From positions 124,001-188,000 of the forward strand of contig JAAOMT010000226.1 in the NCBI GenBank assembly GCA_016748015.1: a stretch of DNA of 64,000 nt, given 5' to 3'. Origin of the DNA: Geosiphon pyriformis uo1 (lineage: Eukaryota > Fungi > Glomeromycota). Shown one piece after another: positions 50,201-64,000 of the stretch. A program made the position numbers and the translations under genes. Position 1 is the stretch's first letter; each line of letters begins with the position of its first letter. A model generated the notes under the pieces. It was not told the DNA's origin and did no database searches. It was given only the letters and a program-made list of their open reading frames with translations.

Positions 50201-51577
50201 TTACGTGTTGTTGTTAATGATGATGATTGGTTTCAGATCTCATGGAATCTCCTCTGGTTAGACTAGTATCTTCTGTACTCCTAATTGTGGAATATTACTG
50301 GTGGATGGTAGTGTGATGTTGTGGTATAATTTTAGTCGATCTTTATGTGCTGCTTTGGTTAAAATTTTGTTATCCAGTTTTAATTTGTAAGCTTCATTTC
50401 CTAGAATTTCTTCTATGTAAAATGGTTCATCCCATTTGGAGTCGAATTTTCTACTCCATTGTTTTTCCGCTTTGGTATGATGTAAAAGTACTTTGTCTCC
50501 AATCTTGAATTCAACTGGTTTGTTTAATAGTTGATTATTATGTCTTTCTTTCTGTTTCTCTTGTGACTTTTGTATGTTATCAGCTGCTTTTCTTTGTTTG
50601 TTTTCCAATGTTTCTATTAAGTCATATGTTCTTTTCAACAAGGTTTCCTAGAAATTCTCTTCTGTTATTAGTTTAGTTGGATATGTGTTAACCTTTATTT
50701 CCACTGGTAATGTTGCTGTTCTATCGTATACCAATTTAAATGGTGTTGCTTGTGTAGTGTCTTGCTTTATTGTCCAATAAGCAAATAATACTAATGGTAT
50801 CAACAAATCCCAATTATTTTGGTTTTCTTGGCTGAGCTTAGCTATTGCTTCACACAATGTTCTATTGAATCTTTTGACTAATCCATTGGTTTGTGAATGG
50901 TATGGTGATGATAATGGTCTCTTAATTCCGAATTTTTGGCTCAATTCTGTTAATGTTCTGTTCACAAAATGTGTTCCTTGGTCTGATAATAATTCTTTTG
51001 GACATCTATGTCAACAAATCAATTCCTGATGAATGAATTCAGCAATGGATTCTGCATCCACTCTTTGAATTGCTTTCACCTCTGGCCATTTAATGAGATA
51101 GTTTATGACTACTGCTATGTATTTGTTTCCTTTGCTGGTGATTGTTAATGGTCTGACTAAATCAATTCCAATCTGGTCAAATGGTTGTCCCACTTTGATT
51201 GGTCTTAATGGTTCACTGGGTCTTGTTTCTCCTCTTTGCTAACAAGCATTACAATTTTGAACATATTAGATGATGTCTGGATACATTGATAACCAATAGT
51301 ATTTTTTTTTGGTTCTTTCCATGGTTGCTTCTTTGTAAAAATGTCCTGCTGTTGGATTTGAGTGCATGTTGAATAATATTGTCTCTTTTTCTGGCTCTGT
51401 AATTACTCTGGTTGGTTGATTTAGATCTCTTCTATTTTTCTGATAAAGTATATTTTGGTGAGTGATAAAATATTTTGATTGTTGTTTGATACTCTTTTGT
51501 TCTATTTGAGATAAATTCTTCTTGAACTGTTGAGTGTTTATATAATGTTGGAGTTGTTGATATTTTTGTATGTTCAT
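50201..51577 (-). pseudogene. Integrase of E (own ATG)
   Basis: MNIQKYQQLQHY start; DDE core pieces; KWDEPFY. Confidence 0.9.
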
Positions 51578-51639
51578 TTTTTGTTATATTTTTTGTTGGT
51601 ATTGTTCTGGTTTTGTTATATTTTTGGGTTGAAATGTTC

Positions 51640-54600
51640 TTAGATTTGTCTTATTTGTAACAAACCATCAGCATTTCCATTGTTTTTTCTTTTCTTATAG
51701 TGTATAGTATAAGTATATTGTGAGAGTGCCATTTTCCATCTGGATTGGTGGCCATTATCAAATTCTTGCTTTTGAAGTGATGTTAACCCTTTATGATTCG
51801 TGTATATATCAAACTTTTGGCTTAAGTATTTGTTTCACTTCATAACTGCCTAATAGATTGCTAAATGTTCTAGTTCTGGTGTTCCATAGTTTTTTTTGGC
51901 TGGTGTTAGATCTTAGCTGGCATATGCTACTGGATGTTCTCTACCATCTGGTCCCTTTTGAGATAGTGGCCTAATGTATCAGTGGTAATAATGAATGGTT
52001 TGTTGTAATCTGGGTAGATTAGTACTGGAGCTTGAATGAGCTTTCTTTTCAGAATATCAAAAGCTTCTTGTTGACTTTCTGTCCATTCATATTTTGTATT
52101 CTTGGTTTGCAGATTATTGAGTGGTTGAGTTATCTTTGAAAAGTTCTTTATAAAATGTTGATAATAGCTTGCGAATCTCAAGAATGATTTCAATTCAGTC
52201 ATATTGATTGGTACTGGAAAGTTCTTTACTATCTCTATTTTCTCTGGATCCGTTTTGATGCCATTTTTGCTAACTATGTGTCCCAAGAATTTTAGTTCTG
52301 TCTTGCTGAAGAAGCACTTTGTTGCATTTAACTTTAGTCCTGTTCTTCTTAGTCTTTCGAACATTTGTTGAAGATGATGAAGATGATCATCAAATGTTTT
52401 TGAGAATACATTGGTGTCATCCAAGTATACAACTACTGATTTTCACAATAAGCCAGTATAAACAATTTCTATTAGCTATTGAAAAGTGGCTGGGACGTTG
52501 GTTAAACCAAAGGGCATTACTTCAAATTTGAAATTCCTTTCTCTAGTGGTGAATGCCATCTTTTCCTTGTTGGCTGAATTCATAGCTACTTGCCAGTAAC
52601 CATTGTTTAAGTCTAATGTTAAGAACCATTTGTTTCCACCAAAAGCATTGAACAATTCTTGTATTCTTGGAGTTGGATAGCTGTCTTCATGAGTTATACT
52701 ATTGAGTTTCCTGTAGTCCACACAAAATCAGATTTTTCTATTCTTCTTATGGACAAGTACTACTGGTGATGACCATGAATTCATTGATGGCCAAATTAGC
52801 CTGTTGTCAAGCATTCAATTGATTTCTTGACAGATGATCTCATGGCTGGCTGATGGCACTCTGTATGTTCTTTGTTTAATTGGCATCACATCTCCAGTTT
52901 TGATCTGGTATTGGATGATGTCAGTTTGGCCAAACTTGTTTTTGCTGGGAAAAATGTCATTGAAATTGTTGAGCAACATCTTGAGCTACATACATTGGAG
53001 TGGGTCTAAGTTTTCCATGTTCATTTGTTCCAATTGCTCTGGTTGGAGCAAATAACATTTGCTTCATCTGTATATTGTTTGTGATGTAATATTGACATAT
53101 TCACAAAGCTATGGAAAGTCCGGAATAGTGCTTGGTGGTTAATCCTCTATTTTAGTGTCTAAGTATCCAATAATGGTTCTGGCTGATATTACTATGACAT
53201 TTCTTGTGTTATTATAGATAGAAATTTTGATGTGACTGTAATCTTTGGCTGGTATATAAAGATTGATGAGTTTAATCTCTCCTAATTTACAAAGAGTTGG
53301 TTTTGCTTCAAAAATCTGATTCTGTTCTTTTACTTTCTGCTTTATCTCTACCATGTACTGGCCATATGGTGGAATGGAAATTGCTTGACCCGTTAAGATA
53401 ATTTCTCCTTGGTTAACAATTTCTTCTTCTGCCATATTGACTGGTACATCTATTCTATCTGTTGATCCAAATCTTTGTATTCCTCTTGCTGTTATCCCTA
53501 ATTTCTCTTTATTTTCTACTAACACTAATTGGGCTACTTTAACTAAAGGTAGGAATATTGCCTGTGCTATTTTTTTGTTTGGCTTTATAATATAAGCCTT
53601 TTCTGAGTTATTTTGTAGCATAGCAATGATATTTCCTATGTATCTTGCATCAATTATTCCTCCTCTGATGTTTATCCCTCTTTTTGCCAAACTACTCCTA
53701 GATGCTAGTTAAACCATTGTTGTTGCTGGAATTTCCAGTGCTACTTTTAGATCAATGTAGGTGCACAAATATAGTTCTAATTTAATGGTGTCTTTTCTGG
53801 GATATCTCAGATCAAATCCTGTGTCAGTATCATGCGTGTGTTCTGGCATGATACCCTTATTATTGTCACTATACCATTTAAGTTCCTGCTCTTTAGAGAG
53901 ATCAGAAAGCACTATGTATATTTCAGGGTTTGAGTTGAAGTCTGAATCGTAGATATTTTTATTGCCATATTGTGTGGAGCTGGAACTGATGTTTTTGTCA
54001 TCTTCATTGTCAGAGTTGGAATTGGAATTGAACATTGATTCTGATTCCGATGTGCAGCTGCTGATTGGTTCCTCTTCCTTGGGGATTGTGTAGATCATGT
54101 ATGGTAGTGGATTGTAAATAAAGTCACACTTATTACAATACTGAAAGTCACATAGAATTAAACAGTGGTCACATAATTGAGTGTTTAGCTGTGCTAACTG
54201 CTCTTCTTGTTCTTTTTTTGTGGATGCTATTTGTTGATAATGTTCATAGAATTCCTCAGGATCATCCTCAACATTGCCAAAAATGTCGAACGTTACAGCA
54301 TATTCTGGCTCTGGAAGGGATAATGGATTGGTTTTGATTTCCCACAACTCGCTAGCTGTAGCTCCTTCTGTCATTGCATACACCATTCTCCAGATCTCAT
54401 GTTTGTCATGTGGGTAGCCTTCCAGATGTCTTAAGGCTTATTTCCATGTATTGTCGATTGAAGTTCCTTTCCATACCCAATTGTTTATTAGGATTGTATA
54501 CTGACATGTTTCATTGCATGTTCCTCCTCATCTTGGAATGTTATTTCACATTCCTTTGTCCAGAAGCATTTCTCCACATGCTAGACATGGCATATTGTCC

Positions 54601-57600
54601 CATTTTTTTACTTTTGGTGGTCAGCCATCATGTTCAATGATGCATGGGCGACAATAATATCGTGTTGCTGTCTGCCAATTTTTGTTGTTGCCACAACATG
54701 CACCCATTGCAGACAATTTTTTGCTGCACATAATGCATACAAGTTTAGGTTGACAGTAGGTGGCCTGAGGTTGTGTAAAATATGGGACATATGTAGGGGT
54801 GGTAGATTGTGCTGGCTCTTCTTTTTGTTCCTTCTCTTTTCCTTTCTCTTCCCAAGTCTATTTTGTGGTTGGTTTACTTTGGCTGTGATCACTTCAAGAT
54901 CTCTGATTTGTTCCCCAGATAAGTTTTTCTTTTTCTTTCTTTTTCCCTTTGTTATCCCATGAGAGTATGAGTGGCAGTTCATTGTGGTTGACATTGGTCC
55001 ATAAAACCTAATATGTTTCCCATGTTGGTTTCTTTGTTTCCTCCTCAAGTTCAATCAATGGCTGTGAATTGGTTGGTTTAAAGTGGCCACATACTGCTAG
55101 TGCCTGAGTATGTTGACTGTTTTGGTTCAGTTGGAGCTTTTGCATTATTTAATCGAGTACGGCGTTTGTTTTGAATAGCCAATCATTTCCAATAAGAGCT
55201 TGGTACTGAGTGGCTTCCATCACAAAGACTTTGATGAGTACTGTGATGTCGTTAATTTTGATAAGTAGGTTGTCTATTTCACCTATTAGAGTTTTGGTCG
55301 CTCCATCAGCTGTAATTATACATGCACTAGCAGCACAATCAACTCGGTGACCTAATTGGTTCATGAGTTGTCGCATGATGATGCTGCCTGCTGAACCACT
55401 GTCTAGGATTAATTTGATGGAGTGGCCATCTACTTTGGCATCAGTATACATTGCTGTAATGGGTTTTTCTTTAAGGGTGACTCCACTGAATAATGAGACT
55501 GGGGTGGTTTCCTCAAACTTAAACGGGAAGATGGCTGCTAATGTTTCATCTTTGGTGACTATTGTTGATGGTATGTTGCTGGTAAGTTTTTGGATTGGGT
55601 TGTTTTCCAGGTTGCTAGGTGTGGCATCTTCTGGAGTAACCAGGAGACTTAAATAGTTCTGAGAATTTGGGTTTTGGGTGTGACTGGTATCCAAATTCCG
55701 TGGGTGTGATCCTGATTGTGGGTTTGATGAACTGGAGATTGGTTGGTAAACAACCATTACTGATCTCTAGTTTTGAATGAATCTGGATTAGGAGTTGCCT
55801 AATGTCATTTGAGTAGAATTTTGGGGTGGTGTTTGCATTGGTTGTTGGGGCTGATAAATTATTTGGGGTTGCAGCTAATAGATTACTGGTGGCTGCAGTT
55901 AATAAATTTGAGGTTGATATACTGGTGGTTGATAGATTGGTTGCTGCATTATTGGCAGGTAAGTGGTTTGATATTGGTCTTGATTTGGATAGCAATTCTG
56001 AGTCTGAAATCTGCGATCAGGATTTCAATATTGATTTCCCAATTGTGAATTGTTGCTATAAAATCTGCAGTCTGCTCTTATGTGTCTTTTGTTTACCACA
56101 GTTGTGGCAAACACGCATTTCTGGCTGCCACAGCTGATTAGGTGCTGCTGATGATAATAATGAATGCGACTGATTTTGGAAACAATTTGCGTTTTCTGGA
56201 TTATTGTGTTGTTGTAATGGTTGATAAATTGTGCAATTGTTAGCTAAGTATTTTTCTAATTTCTGATTAATTGAATCACTGAATTGTTTCAATTTGGAAT
56301 CCAATTCAGATAATCCATTTATCACTAGGCTCACAGTGTGGGCATGATTAGCTTCTAATTCGGCAGATTCAAAATCTCTAGTATGTGTGACTGCATCCTA
56401 GAGAGTGGCTGAATGCAATGGGCATATGTGTTGCAGGATGCTACTGCGCAAACCACAGATGAATTGATTGAGAATCTGTGGCACTGTGAAATAATTAGCA
56501 TCAATTGCTTGGATTTGTCGCAGATTTCTATAAAAGCATCTTAGATATGTGGTAACTGCTTCAGTTTTTTCTTGTTTAATTATAGTGAAAGTGTTGGCTA
56601 ATTTGTTGATGCTGTTGTTATTGCTAAAGTATCTCAAAAATTTTAGTTTGAAGACATTGAAATCTTGGAATTTGTCAACCAGGCTTTGATATCATGAATT
56701 TGCTGTATCCTTAAGAAAATATGATATGACTTGCATGGCTCTGGCATCATTCCATTCATTGGCTGCAATGGCTTTTTCTACATTGTTTAGCCAAACTTGT
56801 GTATTGTTCTCTTTGCCAGTGAATTTGTCAAGCTTCACAATTGGTACATATGTCATTTGTTGTTGTTGCTGTGGTGGAAATTGTTGTTGTTGTTGAGGCA
56901 GTACTGGAGGTGGTTGTTGATTTTGTTGGTTTGGTGTTTAGATGGGCTGGTCAATTGGTTCTACTGGTGGTTGATCAATGATGATAACTGGAGGTAAGTG
57001 CTGATTAATTACTTCAGGGTTTTGATTTTGTGGTGCTTGAATATTCGGGGTGTCAATTTCTGGATTTTTTTACTGAGTTTGAATGTTTGGGGTTCCAAAT
57101 TCTGGGTTTTCAAGAATCGGGTTTTGGTAAGTAAATTCTTGATCTTCCAATTCTTCTTTCTCTTCTTTTTCAGATAGTTCTCACGGGGTAGTGGTTTCAA
57201 AGTCTGGTTGAGGCAGTGGTGATCGAATTTCTGATGGTGTTGGTGATCACGATTTAAATCCCTCAAAATATTTACCATATGGTCCTAGTAGATCTGTTTT
57301 TTTTTGTTTACTTTGGAATGGAAATTTTCTGAATGTTGATATCGTGTTTGATATGGATGTGCTTGCTAATGTTATATTAATGGTGCTTCCCAGTGTGTAA
57401 TGATAAAATAGAGCAGTTGGTGATTCAATTCTTGTTTTCTTTCAAGTAGGTGGTTGTATTCTTTTAGGTGTTATCACTGATGTTTGTAGTTTTCCTTTGC
57501 CTTTACTGGCATAAGTAATTGGATATCTTTGTTGGGTGTGATGTTCAATTTCTTTGTTGATCTCAGTAATGATGGATGCAAAATTATGATTTGTTGATAA

Positions 57601-57819
57601 GCTGGTATTTTGGATCAATTCACTGTAGAAGGTTTCTCTTGCTGATTCAGTGTTTACTGGTGTTCCCAATAAGTAGGCGATTTTCTTGTTGATGTAAAAA
57701 TTGAAGGCTGATTCTGTGGATATGTGATTATGGTTTAATCCCAGGTGTTGACAGTAATATTGAAATAAGGATTTTGCAAATCCTAAATGGTTTGCTTCTA
57801 TTTTTTCTGATTCTGCCAC
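51640..57819 (-). pseudogene. E gag-PR-Cys-rich-dUTPase-RT-RNase H
   Basis: CHNCGKQ; LILDSGSAG; TGFDLRYP..GGIIDARYIG..IAQ..RGIQRFGST; YLDD. Confidence 0.92.
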
Positions 57820-57880
57820 TTTTGGATGGGGTTGTTGGTACTGATTCTTTGTAAGATTATATTTCACAGGGAGCACCAAA

Positions 57881-58764
57881 TGTTAAAGGTAACAATTTCT
57901 GATGTTGGATTAAATAATAAACCTGTAACTTAGTGCTCAAAGCTATTTTCATTGTCGATGATCTGAAGGTTTGGTGTCTGAAGGTTTTGTATCCGAAAGG
58001 TTTGGTTGAGTTCTTTGTATAATGAACAGAGATTCAATGGTGATAGTTTTATCTGTAGCTTCCCAAAACTGCAGTTTCGTCAATTTCTTTCTTAGCTTGA
58101 TGGCCAGTATTCCTCCTGATAAGCTATCTTCAAGCAAGTGTTCTACTCTTATTTCTGGGTCTTTTACCAGTCATGTTTATCCTGATGTCAGTGCTCTGCA
58201 CGTTAATCCTCAATAAAGTTAGTAAACAACAATAAAATCAAAACAAGAAAATAAAGAAAAGAAAAGAAAAGAAAATAAAAAAAGAAAAGAAATAAGCCAA
58301 GACAATTTGCAAGTTAGTATTCCATCAATAGCCATGATCAAGAACTATTGTTCTAGTGTGGTTAAGTGTCAATTACTATTAACATAAAGTGTTGATAATG
58401 AAAATGGATTTGAGATAACAAATAGTTATTTATTAAATGATTGTGATTTGGAAAGTTGCTTAGATTAAATCTAAACTGAGAGGTTTGTCTTTTCAGCTTC
58501 TAATTCTACTGCTATATATACATAATTGAGATTCCTCAATTCCTCAATTCTTTACAACAGGAATTTTGAGATTCTTGGAATCTTGCAATTTCTTTGAGAA
58601 GAATCCTAGAATTCTGAAATCCTGCAATTCCTTGTGAGAATCCTGTAATTCCTGAAATCCTGCAATTTCTGAGAGGAATTCTGGAATTCCACATTTTACT
58701 ACGTCTACTTCTGATTGGCTAATAACTATGCTAATATATATTCCCTATATTTCTATAAGTAACA
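57881..58764 (-). repeat. 5' LTR of E
   Basis: Colinear with 48620-49498; PBS adjacent. Confidence 0.93.
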
Positions 58765-58768
58765 GCAT

Positions 58769-60825
58769 GATCCTGATTGCTGAATAGATGAACTGAGAAT
58801 CAGTTGGTAGACAACCATTGCTGATCTCCAGTTTTGGGTGACTCTTAATCTGGGATTTCCTAATATTATTTGAGCTGAGTTTAATGGTAGTGTTGGAATT
58901 TGTTAGGGTTGATAAATTACTTGAGGCTGTAGTTGATATATTAGTTGAAGTTGGGGTTAGTAAACTATGAATGTTGGAGGCTGATAAATGGGTGGTTAAT
59001 AGATTGGCTACTGCATTATAGGTAAGTAATTTGGTTGATATGGTGCTGAGTTGAGTTGATAACTTGGAGTTTGAAATTGGTGATCAGAATTTTGATATTG
59101 ATTTCTTGATTGTTGATTATCTAGTCTTAACCTATAGTTGATTCTTAAATGTTCTTGTTTACCACAGTAATGGCAAACATGCATTTCTTGCTGCCACTAT
59201 TGATTGGTCAAGAATGATAGATGCAACTAATTCTAAAAATAATCTATGTTTTCTTAATTATTGCGTCATTGTGGAAATTAATAAATTGCCTAATTGTTAG
59301 TTAAGTATCTCTCTAATTTTTTGTCAATGGAATCACTGAATTGTTTCAGCTTAGAATCCAATTCAGATAATCCATTCATTACTAGATTGATGGCTTGTGC
59401 ATGGTTGGCTTTGAGTTCAGTAAATTTAAAATCCCATGTATTAGTGACTGTATCTTGAAAAGTTTGTGGGTGCATTGGGTGTACACATTAAAGGATTCTA
59501 CTGTGCAGTCTACGAATGAACTGGTTTAGAATCTGTAGCACTGTAAAATAGTCAGCTTGGATTGCTTGAATTTGGTGCAAATTCCTGTAGAAACATCCCA
59601 AGTAAGTGGTAACTGCTTTAGTTTCTCTTTGTTTAATTGTGGTGAAGGTGTTGGCTAGGCAATTAATACTGTTATTATTACTGAAATATCTTAGGAAGAC
59701 AATTTTAAATTCCTGAAATGTTTAAGGTTTAGTGGCTAAACTTTAATACTATGAGTTGGCAGTATTCTGTAAGAAATAGGAAATAACTTGGAGTGTCTTG
59801 GCATTGTTCTATTTATTGGCTGTGATGGTTTTTTCCACATTATTTAGCCACACTTGTGCATCATCCTCTTCACCTGTGAATTTTTTGAGTTTTGCTATGG
59901 GGGTGTAGGCCATTAGATCTATATTTGATTGGTGTGGTAATTGAAAAGGTAGTGGTTAAGGTGGTATTGGTGACTATTAAATTTGTTCAGCAATCAGATC
60001 AATTGGTTGCTGATTGATGACAATTTCTAGAGATAAGTTTTCCTGATTAATTAACTCAGAATTCAGATTATTCAGAGTTTACTGGATTTGAATATTCAGG
60101 TTTTCAACTCCCAAATTTTCTGTGATTGGATTTTGATAATTAAATTTTTAATTCTCTTTTTTCTCTTCTTCTAATGCCGTTATCTCTCAGAGACTTGTAA
60201 TTCCAAAATCTGGTTGAGATGGTGGTGATCAGAATCCTAATGGTATTGGAGATTGTGATTTAAATTCTTCAAAGTAATTGCTGTAAGTTCCTAATAATTC
60301 TACTTTCTTTTGTTTACTTTGAAATGAGAGTTGTCCAAATGTTGATGTTACATTTAATGTGAGCATGCCTGTTGATGTGATGTTAATGGTACTATCAGGT
60401 ATGTAATAGTATGATGAATATAGTGAAGATTCAATTCTTTGTTTCTTCTATATTGGTAATTGTACTCCTTTTGGTATTACTGCTGGTATTTGTAATTTTC
60501 CCTTACTCTTATCTGTGTAGGTAATGGGAAATAGTTGTTGAGTGTATCTTTCAATTTCTTGATTGATCTCTCTGATGATTGGGGTGAAACTATAATTCCA
60601 TGATAAGCTAATGTATTAGATTAATTCTATATAGAAATTTTCTCTTGCTGATTCAATGTCAACTGGTCTTCCTAGAAAATCTGTGATCCTCTCATTAATG
60701 TAAAAGTTGAAGGCTGATTTTGCTAAATAATGATTGTTAGTTAAGCTTAATTGTTGGCTGTATTGTTAAAATAAGAATTTGGCAAATCCTAAATGGTTTG
60801 TTCCTATGATTTTTGATTCTGCCAC
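58769..60825 (-). pseudogene. D gag (5' of the E insertion)
   Basis: VAESKIIGTNHLGF; MAYTPIAKL; CHYCGKQEH. Confidence 0.85.
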
Positions 60826-60887
60826 TTTTGGATGATTGTTGATAATACTGGTTTTCTGTAGAATTATACTTCACAGGGAGCACCAAA

Positions 60888-61721
60888 TATTATAGTTGAT
60901 TATTTGGGGTCTCAAATCAAATAACAAATCTGTAACTTGGTGCTTAATTGATATCTTGACATTGGTATCTAACAGTTTTTGTTGATCTGAAGGTTTAATT
61001 ATGGAGTCTTTTATATAATAAACAGAGATTAAATAGTTGTTTTCAATAGCCTTTTAGAATTGCAATTCTGTCAAATTTTTTTCTCAATATGGTGGCTGGT
61101 AATTCTCCTAGTAAGCTATTCTCAAATCTATGAGTGTTTTACCTTTGTTTCACAAGTCTTTTACTAGTCCCTATGACATCTGTATTTCAGCACTTTTCCT
61201 ATAATCAATTTAGTAAAATAACAACAAAAGAAAAAAAAATAAAAATAAAATAAAAGAAATAAGAAAATAAGCCAAAGCAATAATAGTTAGTATCCTGTTA
61301 ATAGCCGTGATCAAGAGCTATTGTTCCAGCATGGTTAAGTATTCAAGACTATCAACATGAAGTGTTAATAATGGAAAATAGATTGAGATAGTAAATAATT
61401 ATTTATTGATATTTGTGAAGAAAAAGTTTTTCTAGATCAAATCTAAATTGAGAGGTCTGTCTTTTTTACTTTTAACACTACTGTTATATATATATAATTG
61501 AGATTCCTCAATTTCTCAATTTTTTACACCAGAAATCTTGCAATTTCTTTTGAAAGGAATCCTAGAATTCTGGAATTTTGCAATTTCTTGTACAAGAATC
61601 CTGAAATTCCTGGAATTCTGCAATTTCTCTTGAGAGAAATCCTGAAATTCCACATTTATTATAACTACTTCTGATTGGCTAATTTATATGCTAATATATT
61701 TTCTATATTTTATGAGTAACA
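60888..61721 (-). repeat. 5' LTR of D
   Basis: Colinear with 41538-42389; PBS TGGTGCTCCCTGTGA adjacent. Confidence 0.92.
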
Positions 61722-62446
61722 ATATATATATAGCAAGAGTGTTAAAAGCAGAAAAGACAAAATTCTCAGCTAGAATTCATAGTGAGAACACCTAGTTAAA
61801 AGCAGTTCAAATTCATATCATATATCAATAAATTATTAATTATTACTTGAATCCATGTTATTATTATTTGATTAAAAAAAATATTAATCATCTCTACTTT
61901 ATTAACACTCCATATTAATAGAATTCAATACTTAACTACACTAGAACAATAGCTCTTGATCACAGCTATTGACAAAATACTAATTTCTTTTCTTTTTTTT
62001 CTTTTTTTATTATTTTTTTATCTTCTTTTATTTTCTTTTGTGTTGTTTGCTAATTGATTAAAAAATTAAACACACAAAATTATTGATGTTAAAAGGACTA
62101 GTAAAAGACTCAGAAATAAGAATAGATATTCGAAATTAAGAGATAGCTTACCAGAGAACCAGTCATCAAGCTGAAAAATAAATTGATAGAATAATCATTC
62201 TGGAAGACTATAGACAACAATGCATACTAACTTAAGAGTTAGAAAAAAAACTAAAAACATTACACCAAGATATTAACATTGAATCTTTGTTTATTATACA
62301 AAAAACTCAACTATATTACTTATTAAGTATCAAGTTATGGATTTGTTATTTGTATCAACATTCCAAATAATCACCTGTAATATTTGGTGCTTCCTGTAAA
62401 ATATAATTTAACAGAGAACCAGTACCAATAGCAATCATTCAAAACA

Positions 62447-64000
62447 GTGGCAGAATCAAAAGTAACAGGGACAAACCACTTGGAATTCATGAAAGCTTTA
62501 TTTCAACACTATTAATCTTACCTAGAATTAACAAGTAACTATTGGCCAGCAAAATCAACTTTCAATTTCTACATCAATAAAAAGATCAAATCCTATTTAG
62601 AAGATCAAAGAGATTCAAAAGCAGTACTTACCAACTTTTATAGTGAATTATTTTAGAATACCATGCTTTTACAAAATTATTTGTTCATTCCAATAATTAC
62701 AGAAATCAATAGAAAAATTAAGAAACACACTAAACAGAAATTTTTTATTATCTTTGCAGACAAAAACAAAGAAAAGTTATAAACACCAAAAAACATATAA
62801 CTATCTACTTAGAAAAAACCAAGAATAGTTTTATTTATTTACTCATTATATTTTTATATACCAGGAAGTATCATCAACATAATATTAGTAGATACATCTA
62901 CATTAATCATGAAAACACCAGCAATAAAAATTATGTTCTAAAGCCAACAAAAAAAAACCAATTTATTAGAAACTTATGGCAATTACTTTGAAAAATTTAA
63001 ATTATGATTACTTATACCATTAAGATTTTGATTACTACTATCTCAACCCAATTTCAGAGCCACTAGTCCTTGAAAAATAACCAATTTGAAAGAAGAAAAA
63101 AACAAAGATCAGGAATTTACTTATCAAAATTTGATCTTAGAAAACCCAGAAATTCAAATCCCAATTGTTCTAACTCAGCAAAATCAGAACAATCCAAACT
63201 TCACTCCTATTGTTCTTCAAAACTTACCTTCAGTAATTATGATTGATCTATTACTAGTTGTACCAATAGCTAACTGCAACAATTTCAACCACAACAATCA
63301 TAATACTTACAACTGTTATTTGCATCAATGGTCTACATACCAATTGTAAAACTTGAGAAATTTACTGGTAAAAAATACAACACACAAGTTTGGCTCAACA
63401 ATATAGAAAAAGCCATCACAGGCAATCCCATATTTTTTTCAAGATACTGCTGACTCATAATATCAAAGCTTGATCCAAAAATCTCAAAACTTTAATGCAT
63501 TCAAACTAGAATTTCTAAGATATTTTAGTAATAATAATAGCATTAATTACTTAGCAAATACTTTTACAACTATCAAACAAGAAAATACTGAAGCAGTCAC
63601 TACTTACTTAGAATGTTTTTATAGAAACCTACAACAAATATAAGCAATTGACATGAATTATTTTACAGCACCACAGATTTTAAACCAGTTCATTCATAGA
63701 CTACATAGTAGTATTCTACAACACATATATCCAATGCATTTACAAACACTTCAAAATGCAGTTACTTATGCCCAAAATTTTGAATTGGCTGAGTTAGAAG
63801 CCAATTATGCTTAAGCCATTAATTTAGTAATAAATAGATTATTTGACTTGAATTCCAAATTAAAACAATTCAATGATTTTAATCAATCAGAAATTGGAAG
63901 AATACTTAACAAACAATCAGGCAATTTATTAATCTCTACAATATTGCAAAAATCCAGAAAATTCTAATTGCATTTAACACCAGCCACATCTATCATTATC
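62447..64000 (+). pseudogene. F gag (partial)
   Basis: VAESKVTGTNHL...LANTFTTIKQENTEAVTTYL...ILNQFI. Confidence 0.85.

Larger units (their letters stand above)
48620..58764 (-). mobile_element. Ty3/gypsy element E, uninterrupted, ~10.1 kb, nested in D
   Basis: LTRs 48620-49498 and 57881-58764; TSD GCAT at 48616-48619 and 58765-58768; PBS and PPT present. Confidence 0.96.
41538..61721 (-). mobile_element. Ty3/gypsy element D; hosts E
   Basis: LTRs 41538-42389 and 60888-61721; TSD ATGT (41534-41537) / ATAT (61722-61725); PBS and PPT present. Confidence 0.93.
41284..64000 (+). mobile_element. Gypsy element F (5' part only); its 5' LTR (41284-41537 plus 61726-62382) is split by D
   Basis: TGTTACT start; the halves rejoin as ATTAATT-ATGT-ATATATAGC, as in the A LTR; PBS after 62382; decayed gag runs to the window end. 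Confidence 0.85.

Noticed and set aside
60868-60887. tRNA gene (ends GGGAGCACCA on +)
   Set aside because: Only the PBS complement is present; there is no cloverleaf.

Overview
Eukaryotic, intron-containing, AT-rich genomic DNA, most likely an early-diverging fungus (Glomeromycotina-like; inference only). One intact host gene is present: Pcf11 (9 exons, minus strand, 32085-35245), flanked by extreme AT deserts. The rest is two nests of decayed retrotransposons whose boundaries can be resolved to the base from LTR termini, PBS, PPT and 4-bp TSDs. Left nest: LINE < gypsy A (842-30208) < B (7203-26587) < C (12076-22341). Right nest: LINE < F (41284 to window end) < D (41538-61721) < E (48620-58764). 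The gypsy family has an unusual architecture: Gag apparently starting at GUG, then protease, a Cys-rich module, dUTPase, RT and RNase H, then a stop, a separately initiated integrase ending in LEPIIII, and a conserved ~220-aa ORF3 with no env features. It also shows a Y|ATGN target preference, an elongator-tRNA-Met-like PBS and an anti-PBS inverted repeat in U5. All TE copies are inactivated by heavy C>T/G>A transitions at CpG and CpA. Internal domain coordinates are approximate.
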